From contig NC_087437.1 of NCBI RefSeq assembly GCF_036321535.1, positions 116,686,001 through 116,750,000 on the forward strand: a DNA stretch of 64,000 nt, in the 5' to 3' direction. The notes beneath the pieces are model-generated. The model was not told the DNA's origin and ran no database searches. It saw only the letters and a list, made by a program, of their open reading frames with translations. Each line of letters opens with the position of its first letter. Position 1 is the stretch's first letter. The translations under genes were made by a program, and so were the position numbers. Source of the stretch: Camelus dromedarius (taxonomy: Eukaryota). Below, in pieces: positions 38,188-50,394 of the stretch.

Positions 38188-38500
38188 GTAGGTGCTGCTC
38201 CCCAGGGCTGCTTTCTGCGCCTGTGTCGTCCTGGATGGACGCACTGTGCTGCCATGGCTGGGATGGCTTGTTCAGAGCATCTTGCAAAGGGTGGCAGAGG
38301 TGTCATTTAGCTTGGCCAGTTTTTATTTCCAAACCCAGCCAGCCAAACACTGCTGTTAGTGTCTCAGAACCTTCCAGGGTCTCTCACTCATTTTCCTGGA
38401 CTTTGGTGCCCTTCTGGACTCTGTGGGTAAATCAGGAGTGCCTCTGGTCTCACTGCCCCCTTCCCCTTACGTCTTCTGTCTTTTCTTCCCTCCCCGGTAG

Positions 38501-38701
38501 ATCCCTGGCTGTGGACTGAGCAGCAGGTGTGCCAGTGGCTTCTCTGGGCCACCAACGAATTCAGTCTGGTGAACGTCAACCTGCAGAGGTTCGGCATGAC
38601 CGGCCAGGTGTTGTGTAACCTTGGCAAGGAGCGCTTTCTGGAGCTGGCACCCGACTTTGTGGGCGACATCCTCTGGGAACACCTGGAGCAGATGATCAAA
38701 G
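38501..38701 (+). CDS. ETS2: ETS2 exon 5 (PNT/SAM domain)
   Basis: [22 protein letters not shown]...[23 protein letters not shown]| acceptor, G|GTACCC donor. Confidence 0.97.
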
Positions 38702-40256
38702 GTACCCACTGAGCAACTGGGCTCCCCCGGGAGAGGTGCACACGGCAGGGACCAGTGATGGTGGGGGGCCGTGCTCTATAGCCGTAGGGTCGGCGTTTCA
38801 AGTGATGGAGGGCAGATCGTCTGAAAACACCACTGGAATGAGTCAACGACCTGGCAGAGGGGATGGATTTTGATTCCACTTGAGTGCATGTGGGGGGTGG
38901 GGGAGTGTGAGCCACAAGGCAGTGGCCTTAGTCACCAACTTGTTCGCTGTCACCAGACATCATGTGTCGAAAGCAAATGTGGTGGCTCAGATGGGGAGGC
39001 GAGGCAGCAAGGTTGCCCAGGCTTTGGGGCCCACCTGACAGAGCCTTTAGCAATCAGGCAGCCTCTGTGAAAGGGAGCCTTTATTCAGATAAGCTGTGAA
39101 TTTTATAGTAAATTTTCCTAAGACCAGATGGAATCCAACAAAAAGATTTCTTTTTTCTCTTCCTGTTTTCTCTTTAGGTTTTGTTTTTAAACAAATGTGG
39201 AAGTAATTGATCTATATTTACTCACTGACATACAGAAACTAGCCTTTGAGCAAAAAAAAAAACAAAAAACAAAAAAACAAAAAACTTTCCTCCTATAGAA
39301 AGTCTTGATTTTGACCTTAAAAGAGTGTTGAGAACAATATTAAAAAGTCATTGAGTTAAACAGGAAAAGCATTATCGTGAGGGATCATTCAAGTTAAAAA
39401 TACAAGAAAATAAGCCTGTTAGTGGAGTTCAGGGAAATAGGCCCTCATTTAATTGATTTTAAACTCTGAGTTTCGCCGTCTGTTACAGACTCAGAATTGT
39501 AAAAAGATCTAGGGGGTGTCTGCCAGCCCCCTTTAGTTACGGCTTCTGAGGGCCAGGGAAACTTACTTTTAAAGCCCTCAAATTTTCCCTGAATTTGGAC
39601 AAGTCTGATCTGACAAGTTCCTGGGGAATCTGTTTGTTGGCAGTTGGTCCTGTTTTGCCGTTTGTAGGCGTGTGAGTCTGTGTGGGTCTGGCTTTGTTGG
39701 GGGAGGGGCGTGGGGGTTCAGGGTGTTTGTAGGAGGTAAACTTACGCATGCAGGGAATGCTAACTGGTTTCCCTTCAAAGTTCCCGGGCACGTGTGTCCC
39801 CGTTCAGACGCTGTGGGCCTCTTTCTGTAGCTCCCCCTCCGCCCCGGACACACTGAGGAGCATAAACCTCACCAGGGCAGGAACTGTGTCCGTGTTACTA
39901 ATCTATGGGATTCCAGCCCCTGGGGCAGGGGGTACTTGATAAGCATCTAACTGTTGACCACGTGGATAAATTCAATACACCATCTAGGTCTCTCAAATTA
40001 TGTAGAATATTTCACTCTGCCAGGGACAGCATTAATTTTGGAAGACTTTTTCTAGTTATTAGAAAAATGTGTCGCTGTCTCTAGTGCATTTAAACAACAT
40101 GATTACATGGAACACTGTTGGATTAAATGTAAAGCATTAAATGCATTTCACTTTGCTGAAATAACCGTAGAACAGTGATTCAGAAAGGAACGTCTTTTTT
40201 CTTGTTTAGTTTTAACCCCGATTTGCAATCTTATGTGTCCTGTGTCTCTTTTTCAG

Positions 40257-40340
40257 AAAACCAGGAAAAGACAGAAGATCAGTATGAAGAAAATTCACAC
40301 CTCAACTCAGTTCCTCATTGGATTAATAGCAATTCGTTAG
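40257..40340 (+). CDS. ETS2: ETS2 exon 6 (ENQEKTEDQYEENSHLNSVPHWINSNSL)
   Basis: TTTCAG| acceptor, G|GTCAGT donor, 84 nt, phase 1-1. Confidence 0.95.
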   Translation, partial: KTRKRQKISMKKIHTSTQFLIGLIAIR

Positions 40341-40419
40341 GTCAGTGCAATTAATTCTGCCCGTAAGAGCTTGGTTTTAAGTCTTCCTGTTTGACTTACG
40401 GAAAGTCCACAGGCAAAGT

Positions 40420-40750
40420 TTAGACCTGTGCTACATCCCATATGGTGGCCACTCCCCGCCCCCCAATCCAGACCACTGAGCATTTGAAGGGTGGCTGGTC
40501 CACAGTGACACGTGCGATGAGAATATAACACACTCCCGTCGGATCCGAAAGTCTTAGTATGGAACAGGGAGTGTAAATATCTCCTTAATAATTTAAAAAA
40601 TTTTGATTACATATCGAAAGGATAATCTATTAGCTCAAGTAAAGTGTTAAAATTAATTTTACCTGTTTTCCTTTTAGTTTTTTAACATGGCTACGAGAAA
40701 ATTTAACATGGCATCAGTGGCCTGTATTATCTTTGCCTCATGTGGTCTGG
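40420..40750. mobile_element. hAT-Charlie MITE remnant (MER3/MER33-like) in intron 6
   Basis: ATATGGTGGCCACT...AAAATTAATTTTACCTGTTT...TGGCTACGAGAAAATTTAA. Confidence 0.5.
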
Positions 40751-41361
40751 GTAATTTATAGAGCAAGAAGCAGAGTGAGCTGACTGCTGTGGGCAGATCA
40801 GTGTGACAGACGAAGGTGGCGGGCACAGGAAGTGTGTGGACAGCAATACTAAAGTTTGTTTTGAATTGTGGAATTCAGAGAGGTGTCAGGGAACTCAGGT
40901 CCTTCCTTCTGGTGGTTGGCACCGGTGCGCGTGGATTACGGTGGTCCCCGGCCGGCGTGGGCAGGCTCACTGGAGATGTTCCCTTACGAGTCACATACTA
41001 GACGGCAGACCACTTAGCCTGCCTGAGCCTTAGTTTCCTCGGGAGCCGAAAGAGCCAGTGACCCTGTCAGCGTGAGGCTCACGTGGACGCAGTCAGTAAA
41101 CGAGAGATGTAGAAATATTCACAACGCAGCATTGCCCCCGGGGTCCAGAGGCTGCAGGCATTTTGGAAAGGGGCTCATTGACTAAGAAGATAAATTGAGA
41201 ATAGGAGGACTCCGTGAAAAACCTTCACATTTCCACCAAGAGCTTGCGGGGGACTGGTGTGCGCAGAGCTGCTCGAGTTCCGTCTGGTTTGAGGTGTGCG
41301 GGGTCTGAGGTGGTCCCATTCAGGTCACCTGACAGCTCTGCCGTCTGTGGTTCATTTCCAG

Positions 41362-41586
41362 GTTTCGGCGTGGAGCAGGCGCCCTATGGAATGCAGACGC
41401 AGAACTACCCCAAAGGCAGCCTCCTGGACGGCCTGTGTCCGGCAGCCTCCGCGCCCAGCACGCTTGGTCCTGAGCAGGACTTTCAGATGTTCCCCAAGGC
41501 TCGTCTCAACACCGTCAGCGTCAACTACTGCTCCGTCAGCCGGGACTTCCCGGGCGGCAACTTGAATCTGCTCTCCAGCAGTTCTG
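41362..41586 (+). CDS. ETS2: ETS2 exon 7 (transactivation region)
   Basis: GFGVEQAPYGMQTQNYPKG...DFQMFPKARL...NLNLLSSSS; TTCCAG| acceptor, G|GTAAGA donor. Confidence 0.96.
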
Positions 41587-42464
41587 GTAAGATCCAGGCT
41601 TCTAAGCGCTCCTCTTATCCGGGTTGTTGGTCTGATTCCCGGAGCCACAGTCAGACTGTGACACAAGCTTCTTAATCAGCCGTCCCGTGTTCAGCCATTG
41701 GACGAGGTCAAGGGCTCATTCGCTGGGTCACCGCCACAGGCAGTTGGTGCTCAGCGGGCAGATTCCTGATGTGCCTCAGGCTCAGGTCTGGGTACTGGGG
41801 TGTCAGGTACATGACGCAGCCCCTGCTCTTGCAGCCAGATTCCTCCACCCCCGGTGATACGGGGGAGACGGCATGGGAACAAACAGATCTCTTTTTGTAA
41901 AGATGCATGTATACCATGCGCAAAGCTCAGGTCGAATTTTCCCGTATGCGTGCCTGTCTAACAGCCACCCAGACTGAGGCAGAGAGGTTGCCAGCACCTC
42001 ACAGGGCTCCCTCGTACCCCTTCTCGGTCGGTAGCATCCCCACTCCAAGGGGATACCATCGACTTTCACCATCAGAGTTTTTCCTGTTCTTGAACTTGAT
42101 AGGAATGGAATCGCACCCTGTGCTCCCTTCTGTGTTTGTCTTCTGCTCACCATGTGTCTGAGACCCATGCACACTGCTGGAGGCGGCGGCCAGCTGCCCC
42201 CTTTCCTTGTGTAGCACCCCACTCGAGCTAGATTGGACACACCCGTCCTACTGTGGATGGAAGGTGCCCTCATGTAGTGCATTTGTCATCAAGAACAGGC
42301 AGCTCAGTTTCAGGGCATCACGAACAGTCTGGGTGACTCTGCACCAGCCCAGTGAGCGCCCAAAGCGGGGTGGCGGTGATGGCACCGCCGTCATCCTTGG
42401 TCGGCAGTGGCGCAGGACACCTCGTTGCCCTGGAGGAGTCAGACTCTGTGGTTGTCTCTGCCAG

Positions 42465-42734
42465 GCAAGCCCGGAGACCACGAGTCCCCTGAGAACGGCG
42501 CTGGCGCCGACAGCTTCGAGAGCTCGGAGTCGCTGCTGCAGTCCTGGAACAGCCAGTCGTCCCTGCTGGACGTACAGCGGGTGCCCTCCTTCGAGAGCTT
42601 CGAGGACGACTGCAGCCAGTCCCTCTGCCTCAACAAGCCGACCATGTCCTTCAAGGACTACATCCAGGAGAGGAGCGACCCGGCCGAGCAAGGCAAACCA
42701 GTCATACCAGCGGCCGTGCTGGCCGGCTTCACAG
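42465..42734 (+). CDS. ETS2: ETS2 exon 8 (Ser-rich / autoinhibitory region)
   Basis: DSFESSESLLQSWNSQSSLLDVQRVPSFESFEDD...MSFKDYIQERSD...PVIPAAVLAGFT; GCCAG| acceptor, G|GTGAGC donor. Confidence 0.97.
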
Positions 42735-44432
42735 GTGAGCGGGCTGCTCCAGGTCCCCGTCCCTCCCCGGCGCCCGCCCAGCCCCGCGCCCACATGTTTA
42801 TCAAGGGCGTTTCTTGTCGGTGCACGTCGCGTGGACACCCCGCGTTCTGTGCGTGGGGCGTAATCCTTCCTCCAAGCAATCCGTGTCCCTAAATTCTAAA
42901 AAGGCCAACCTTGTAGGGGTTTTTAATGTGAGCTCCTTGGCGTGGAGACGAGCCCACAGGCTGCCTCCTCACCTGGGATGTGCCTGGCCGTTCCCGAGAG
43001 GAGGAGCAGCAGGGGACATGGGCCTCTGGAGGTTCAGCTGTGACTCACCCCTGCCAGGAATGTCAGAGAATGTAAACTGGCCCCGGGAGGGGCAGCGGAG
43101 CCAGCCTCAAACAACACAGGGACTGTTTACCTTTTCTTGCTTCTAAAACTCCATCTCAGTTTTAAGGTTTGGGTAAGAGCTATTCTAGGCCAGGGACAAA
43201 TATTAAAGCTGTTTTTAGAAGCAGATAGTTCCAGTACTTTAGCGAAAAATAGCAGAAATTTTTTTTCATGGCTTCATGTGTCCTTAAATGTGCCTTTTTT
43301 TTTCCTTCCATATTTGGACCATATGGAGCTACTGGGGATTTAAAAAAATGCCTACTTTAAAAAAATCCAATAGGTTACAATGAGAGTACGTAGGCATCCG
43401 TTTTTTCTGCCGTGTGAAACAAAGAGCCGTGAAAATGCATTAAAATACTCAGGTTGTGAAAACTGCTGTTAATTTTTGTACGTGGGAGTCAGGGCCTGAT
43501 AAGAAAGTAAACAGCGGTGGTGCTGGTGTTTTTCATCTTAATATCTGTTACCGTTTGTTGCCTGACAGCTCTGTGTGGTTAACTGGGCGTGATGGGTAAA
43601 CCCGAGGGCGGCCCAGCACTGGTGGTATTAACCCATTTTACAGATGGGGAAATGGGCTCAGGGGAAGACAGCTGTCTGGTCACACAGCTCAGACAAACAG
43701 CCTTTGAGCCTCGGGGAACAGCTCTTGGATGGACACGTGACCCAGGGCAGAGCGCCTGGCCGCTGAGACACAGGATTCTTCGTCTTTAAAAGATTGATAC
43801 AGTGATACTCAGCTTCACAGCGGCAGAGGTTCTAAGTATTATCAAAAAAATGTTTACGAAAAGCCCTTTGGAAAGCATGTACGTCACCAGACAGAGGTGG
43901 GGAGACCGTGGACATAGCTCCAGATGCCCAGATGCCTGTGGAGTAAACCGAGTCCTGGATTATGTAATTTACCCACCATCATCGGGCAGAAAGACTCATC
44001 ATAGGATTCCAGGAATGACATGCCTCACTCTGTGTTGAAACGCCCCTTCAGCCGCCCCCACCGCTGTCCCACGGGGTGTTTCTAGAAATAAACCTTGAAA
44101 GTTATTACATAAGGAACAATTAAACAGGATGAGGAATTTTGATGCCAAGAGTTGGTGGCCCAGAATTTTCTTCTCCAGAAATACCAAACCCAGCCATCCA
44201 GGGCCTCGTGACCTCTTTTCCAGGAGTAGGAGGCGTGGAGGAAGCCCTGGCCTGGGTGTCTGGCCTCCTCCCATTAAAGCATCCAGGGCTGTTACCAGCA
44301 CCCAGAGTCACACCTTCTTACTTTGGCACCCAGTCCAGAGCTGGGTCTCACATTCTTTGTTTCAGCAGGATGACGGAAGCTTTGCTATGTTTTGAATCTA
44401 CAAAAACAAATAACCCGCCCCTTTCCCCCCAG

Positions 44433-44551
44433 GAAGTGGACCTATCCAGTTGTGGCAGTTTCTCCTGGAATTGCTCTCCGACAAATCCTGCCAGTCCTTC
44501 ATCAGCTGGACCGGGGACGGGTGGGAGTTTAAGCTGGCGGACCCCGACGAG
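44433..44551 (+). CDS. ETS2: ETS2 exon 9 (ETS domain, first half)
   Basis: [46 protein letters not shown]| acceptor, GAG|GTAGGT donor. Confidence 0.98.
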
Positions 44552-45388
44552 GTAGGTCCAGCACCTAGGAAATCCGTCTCCCAGCTCTAAAACCCGATTT
44601 TGTCACTTGGGGTTCCCAGAGTCAATTCTCGGCACAAGAAAGGGTTCACCAGGGCACAGATGAGAACACTTCTACACAAGGCATTTCTGACTGTCGGGGA
44701 AACGTGGAGTCTTGTTTTGCTGATAAACAGTGTCTGGTGTCCCCTGGTGGAGCACAGGGCAGCGGGCAGGGTTCGTTCATCAGCGTGCTCTGTTGTCTAA
44801 TCCAGAGGTGCAAGCTGTAAACCGAGGCCCTCGCCTGACCACCTGAAAGTGTCTTAGGAAGTTTGCCTGTTAACCTTGGGGGGACTCAGCCGCCAGTTGC
44901 CCCATGCCAGCCCTCTGGCTGGGCTTCCGTGCCCCTCAGCTGAGCTTGGCAGAGCTGCACCAGCGAAATCAGCGGGCAGGTCTGATACCAGCCCCTCCAG
45001 GACCTTGGTCTCTGGCACAGGTAGAGTGCGGTCTGTCGCCTCCCTGATTCCCGGGGGCAGAAGCATCAAGGGCTGCACAGTGTCACGTGGCTCCAATCCC
45101 AGTGGACGTGGCGGTTACATGCGAACCCCGGAGGTGGGGGCACCCCCCTGATTCCTAACCCTTGACTCCCAGAGGTTTTTCTGAGTGAGAGGCCTCACCT
45201 CCATCCTCAGACAAGCAGCCGGGGGATGCAGTGCCCAGGGAACGTGCTTGAAAGCGGCTGCAGCTCTGTTGTCCTTGTATGGTTGGGTCCTGGCAGGCGA
45301 GCACGCGTCAGAACCCTAGTCAGGGGCGAACGTCATTCACTTTTTCTTAATTGTCACATAATTGAACTCTTTTCCATCCATCCCCCAG

Positions 45389-45604
45389 GTGGCCCGCCGG
45401 TGGGGAAAGAGGAAAAACAAGCCCAAGATGAACTACGAGAAGCTGAGCCGGGGTTTGCGCTATTACTACGACAAGAACATCATCCACAAGACGTCAGGGA
45501 AGCGCTACGTGTACCGCTTCGTGTGCGACCTGCAGAACTTGCTGGGCTTCACGCCCGAGGAGCTGCACGCCATCCTGGGCGTCCAGCCGGACACGGAGGA
45601 CTGA
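45389..45604 (+). CDS. ETS2: ETS2 exon 10 coding part (ETS domain, second half, stop)
   Basis: [71 protein letters not shown]. Confidence 0.98.
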   Translation: MARRWGKRKNKPKMNYEKLSRGLRYYYDKNIIHKTSGKRYVYRFVCDLQNLLGFTPEELHAILGVQPDTED

Positions 45605-47402
45605 GGCCGCCCGGGGCCGTGCGTGGGGCCATCCTGACCTGCTGCTCCAGGGACCCTGAAAGCTGGGATTGACGCGTCCAGGAACGTCTCCAGGAAGCAG
45701 TGGCCTTATTTCCTCCAAAACCGCGGTTCTTCGCTGCAAGCAGCAGGGTTTCTCGCTTCTCAAGCTGCTGACAGGAACACGCTCTTAGGATGCTGTTACA
45801 TGAGAACGGCCGGGAGAGACACGCTGGGCAGCCGGCCTGGCCCCGGGCGGGCTGTGTTGTGACAGGGTCGCTTGGCCGGTGGGGAATTCTCCACAGAGCG
45901 AGCGTGTCGTGGACACACGGTTTGGGACTTTTCTTTTGCCTCTGGCAACCAGGAATCGCAAATGCAAAAGGTCTCTGGTTCAGAGGGGAGGAGGGGAAGG
46001 AAACAATCATGCCATTTCAGAAGTTAGTTTGTATATATGACTGTAATCTTATAATTGCTGTCAAAATCCCCTAACAGTCCTATTTAACAGAAATTGTATA
46101 TTGTAATTTAAAATAATTATCTAATTGTATGTGAGAGAAGAATGTGGACATCCAGTGTGTATTCCATTTTTTTAAGAGCACATGTGGCGTTTTGCAAACA
46201 TTGATTCTGCCAAGGGCAGAGCAGGGGAGGCTGTAAAGTGTGTACTATTTACATGTAACAGGCCTACAGGAATAAGGTCTAAGGGTTGATTCCCGTTTTT
46301 CATCTTGTTTTGTTTTGCCTGGGTTATTCTCTATGGCAAGGACTTTGTACATTTGGGAATTTTTATAAGAAACTTAATGTTATTATCTGCAGTCTCATCC
46401 GGCCCCTTTGCTTCTCCTTTAATTGTAATGTAAAAGCTATAAAGCAGTATTTTTCTTGACAAATGGCGTAAGTTTTCCATTTCTATGCATGCCTTTAAAT
46501 CAGTTTATACACGAAACTTATTTTATTTTTCAGTGTAACTGTATTTCCCCAACCGCTAACCTCCCCGGCCAGCCATTTCCTTCCCGTGCCCCACCCCCAA
46601 GCCCCGAGTTATTCTGTATGATTAAAATAAGAATCCTATTTTTGGAAATAAGCGACTCCTTTTCAGAGATCAGGAGGGATTTGTGTAGCAGCTATTTTTA
46701 CTGCAAAAGCAATTCACTGGAAAAAAAACAAATGTAATTTGTAAGAAAGATTTATTTTTATCTCCCTGTAAAGTTAACGTATTGTACAGAGCTGAAGGTT
46801 CAGGGGGAGGGCACTCTGGGACGTGAGTGAAGCATGATTTGCCTCACCCTGTTCACCTGCCGAGTCTTGGACTCTCCGGATACCTAGCTGCTCCTTTCTG
46901 TTCAACATCCGCAGGCAGAGAGATTTTTTTCCCATATTTTTTTCTAATGCAAAATGGCCAGAGGCGAAGAGAGGGCAGACCAGATGGGAACCAGAAGGCA
47001 CTGGGGTCCTTCAGGTGAAAACGTCTTAATCATGGTGGAGACTTTTGTCATTGTTTCAAAGGAATCCCTGGGTCAGCGTGTGCTCCTGACTTTGTAAATG
47101 ATCGAGTCAAGTTCACAGCCTTCAGGAGCAGCGTGAGGGGACACGGGCCAGCGGTGACATCTCTAAAGAAGACTTGTTTGTGCAGTAAGACCAGGGGTTT
47201 GGGTGGTAGGAGCAGCAGAGCCGCTACGGGAACCACTAGGTCTTGGTGCCCACACAAGACCGTTTCCAGCATCTTTAAGCACAGGATGTTTTTCTCAAGC
47301 AAGACCTGTTTATATCTCTGACATCTGCTTGTAACATCAACAGACTTGGGCCTGAGAACATCTTGCTGCTGAAAAAAATCTTATTTTTAAGAGTTTTAAT
47401 AG

Positions 47403-47480
47403 GTGGTTGAACCACATGAAATTGCCTATGTTGGTCTTTTTTTAATCGACAGAGTTGGCAGTTTCACGTGGCTCAAACCA
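47403..47480. mobile_element. MADE2-like mariner MITE (~80-bp palindrome) in ETS2 3'UTR
   Basis: GGTTGAACCACATGAAATTGCC...GGCAGTTTCACGTGGCTCAA inverted arms; matches the MADE2 consensus as recalled. Confidence 0.75.
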
Positions 47481-47575
47481 AGAGTTCTGGAAATGCAGTC
47501 CATGATAAACCTTTTGGCATGGTAATGAACAGACCTTAAGTATAAAAATTTTGTAATTTGGCTTCTTTCTCAAAT

Positions 47576-47581
47576 AATAAA
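47576..47581 (+). terminator. ETS2: ETS2 distal polyadenylation signal AATAAA
   Basis: AATAATAAA in an AT-rich context with upstream TGTA (47552) and T/GT-rich downstream sequence. Confidence 0.7.
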
Positions 47582-48091
47582 GTATTTTGTTTATATAAAC
47601 TCCTTGTCAGGGTCTTCATTCTTTGGTGGAGTGGGGATGCTGGGCTCAGAACTGCCCGCCACTCAGTGGCACTCGGTCATTCAGAGTCACATCTCCTTGT
47701 CACTAACTTCACACACCCACTGCCTCGTAACTCAGGACCAAGCTGGAACCACCTGTGAGCCCTTACTGAAGGAGTTCCGAAACAGTGTTCCTTAAAGTGA
47801 AAAATTCTTTAAGGAAGGGATTAGAATAGAAAGATTCAGGTGTCTTGTCTTTGCCAAGGGTTTGGCGGAGATAACAAGAGATCTGAGGGTGTTTCTATGG
47901 AGAGCATTAGGATTTGAGGCTCAAGGACTTTTGTAACTGGGGTCATGGCTCTCGTGGAGCTCCGCCATTGCCGAGACGACTAAAGTGAGGTGGGGGTGAT
48001 GGTCCTCGGACACTTGTGCTCAAACCCATTCCTGGGCTTCCTCTCCACTCTCCAAAATTAGCAAGGATTCCCAAACCATCAGTGGTTCATG

Positions 48092-48304
48092 TCAGTGGTG
48101 AGCTGGGGCCAGCTCCCCGTGGGCTGGCGGGAGCCGATGGAGCAGGTGTCTTTCCAGCTTTGCATCAGTGACGTATTGGTAGCTTGAACTTGGTCGGGAT
48201 GAGAGTATTTATACCACTGAGATCAGCAAACACTACAGATCAGGGCTCCCCCACCGTACCTTCTCGGGGAGCTGGTTGTTAAACATTTACCAGCACAGCA
48301 CTGG
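48092..48304. mobile_element. MER63-like hAT-Blackjack MITE
   Basis: Termini CAGTGGTGAGCTGG...CCAGCACAGCACTGG. Confidence 0.6.
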
Positions 48305-48399
48305 TGGTCAATGTTTATTTACCATATTGGAAATTAAAACAAATGTTAAAATAGGAATTCACTTTTGAAATAACATATCTATAGAAAGATCTTTGTGAA

Positions 48400-49520
48400 A
48401 AGTAGCTTTTTCCCCAAAATGTGAGAATGGCATTGTTTTACATGTTTTCAAACCTCTTTGATGCCTGGTTTAATAGAAGAGAGCTGCATTCTTACAATGG
48501 CCTCTGCATTCAGTCCCTTGTGATACATTTTTGGAGAAAATCAGGACTCACACAGATATGTAATTGGAAGAGGGTGGTGTATTGAATAGCTGTTTCAGGT
48601 AACTGGAAATCGTTTTATACTACACCCAAACTAACAAATGGTAGTTTCTTAAAGGGTAATTGGAGTTGGAGTTACATATGAAATCATATCAATAAACTTG
48701 CTGATAAATTCCATTGGTCTTGCACTTTGACTGGGCCTGTTACCCATGTGTGATTTCGTAATACACATTAGTCATCGGAAAATATTGCTTCAAAATGTTG
48801 ACACATTTCAACACACAATATTAAACTATCACAGGAGTTACTATCATCACCAATCTCACCAGAAAATTACTGGCAAGCTCTCAAGCTCACAGCAGCAGAT
48901 ATAAATTGTCAAAAATTCAAATTTCCATTTGAAAGCTTAATTTTTATGATTAGCAGCAAATAAATACACTGAGTTTTTTTTTTTTTTTTTGAAAACCTTT
49001 CATTTCCTTTACTTTTGAGGGAACACCCGTCACCCACAAGTCCGCGTGAATGTAATGCGTCAGTTGCTCTTTCAAGTAGAAACGGTGCTCATGGGTGAAG
49101 TGGTCAGTTTAGCTTGCAACTCACAGATGCAACTGCTTTTCCCTGGACAACCAATCTACCTTGGTAGCACCAGAACTTCTGTGTGCTTTCCATTCTATTA
49201 CCCAGAAACTAAAAAGATGTGTATTCACTTACTAATAAAATTGATTTCACTGCTTCATCAAGGACATTTTTTAAGGAAACTGGTAATTTTTTTCCCTGCA
49301 AGGACCTATTGAAAATGCAGCAATTGCCAGTACAGTTTAGTGCTGAAGCTCCAGCGTTTGCCATTCTTTGATTTTGCATCATCCGTGCAAATATCAACAC
49401 AGTAAAAAAAAGGGAAAAAAAGGCAAATATTTTATATTTTAATATTATTATAAAAATCATTTTGACCGTGAGGACTCCCTGAAAGGATGTTGTTGTTGGA
49501 CCTCACTTTGAGGACTGTTC
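48400..49520. mobile_element. Charlie1-type hAT DNA transposon remnant
   Basis: GAGAATGGCATTGTTTTACAT...TTTAATAGAAGA...GCTTCATCAAGGACATT...GGACCTCACTTTGAGGAC terminus. Confidence 0.65.
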
Positions 49521-50394
49521 TAGAAATCAGAGAAGCTCACCCAGAACAGACAGAGTGGAACTGGGACAGGATGGGGGGCAGGGTGGGAAATTCTTCCTTT
49601 TGCGTCTCTAATCCAGTGTCCATATTTCCAGTCGTACCCTTTCAGAGCCAGTTAAGAGTAAGCATTTTTTATTTAACATGAAAAGAATTGTCTAATGTCT
49701 GCATGATAGGGAAGAAGTTCATCCCCACAGGATGAAATGGATCCTTTCAAACTCTTTCTACCAGCCTCACTCTTTGGTCCTTTAACCCATTCCACTCTAA
49801 CTCTAACCCCCTTTTTAAAAAAGCCATTCTTCCATCATCCTAAGGACCAAACATCTTGTTAATAATTCTCAGATCCTGAGCAATCAGACTATTTTGTTTG
49901 GCCAAATTTGCATCAGGCAGGGGCTTCTGTCTTCCCAAGCTACGAGTGGACCCCAGAACACACCCACAAAGTGGCTCCAATAGTTTGTTGATTGTTTATT
50001 CACACATCTTTGTACTCATCCTGCCAGCCATCATTTACGAGCAGTTAGGAAATGTCAGGCACTGGGAAGAGACGCATCACTGACAGCCAGACCCTCCATG
50101 CTTTGTAGGGGCCTCTTTCTAGTGAAGGAAACCAGGAATAAATATGGTGAGGATGAGCATACAAGTTCCACCCAGAGTGGGAGGCTTGGCGCCCAGCGCT
50201 TCAGCTGCGTCTGGGGCTGGAGTCTGGACAATAACCATGCACATTGGCAGGCAGGTTGTAACAAGAGGGGATGAGGAATCAGCCCTGCCCAGGGCTGTGA
50301 GGGGCTTGGGGGCCCACAGTGCTGAAATGTCTCTGCGGTCAGCCTTGTAGTGGGGATCAAAGGCTCAGTGACCTGGGTCTCTTTCCTTCTCTTT

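Larger units (their letters stand above)
29695..47605 (+). other. ETS2: ETS2 gene (ETS proto-oncogene 2 transcription factor), 10 exons
   Basis: All introns GT-AG. Spliced CDS is 72+112+120+201+84+225+270+119+216 = 1419 nt = 472 aa plus stop, with PNT and ETS domains. 5' and 3' ends approximate. Confidence 0.97.
45605..47605 (+). other. ETS2: ETS2 3'UTR
   Basis: Follows the stop codon; AU-rich blocks at 46020-46780; ends after AATAAA 47576-47581. Exact end inferred. Confidence 0.75.

Noticed and set aside
38085..45763. ORF-track entries extending ETS2 exons into introns or antisense to them (e.g. 38085..38519, 41214..41675, 42207..42863, 42248..42838)
   Set aside because: Read-through or shadow frames of GC-rich exons; canonical splice sites explain the real coding parts.
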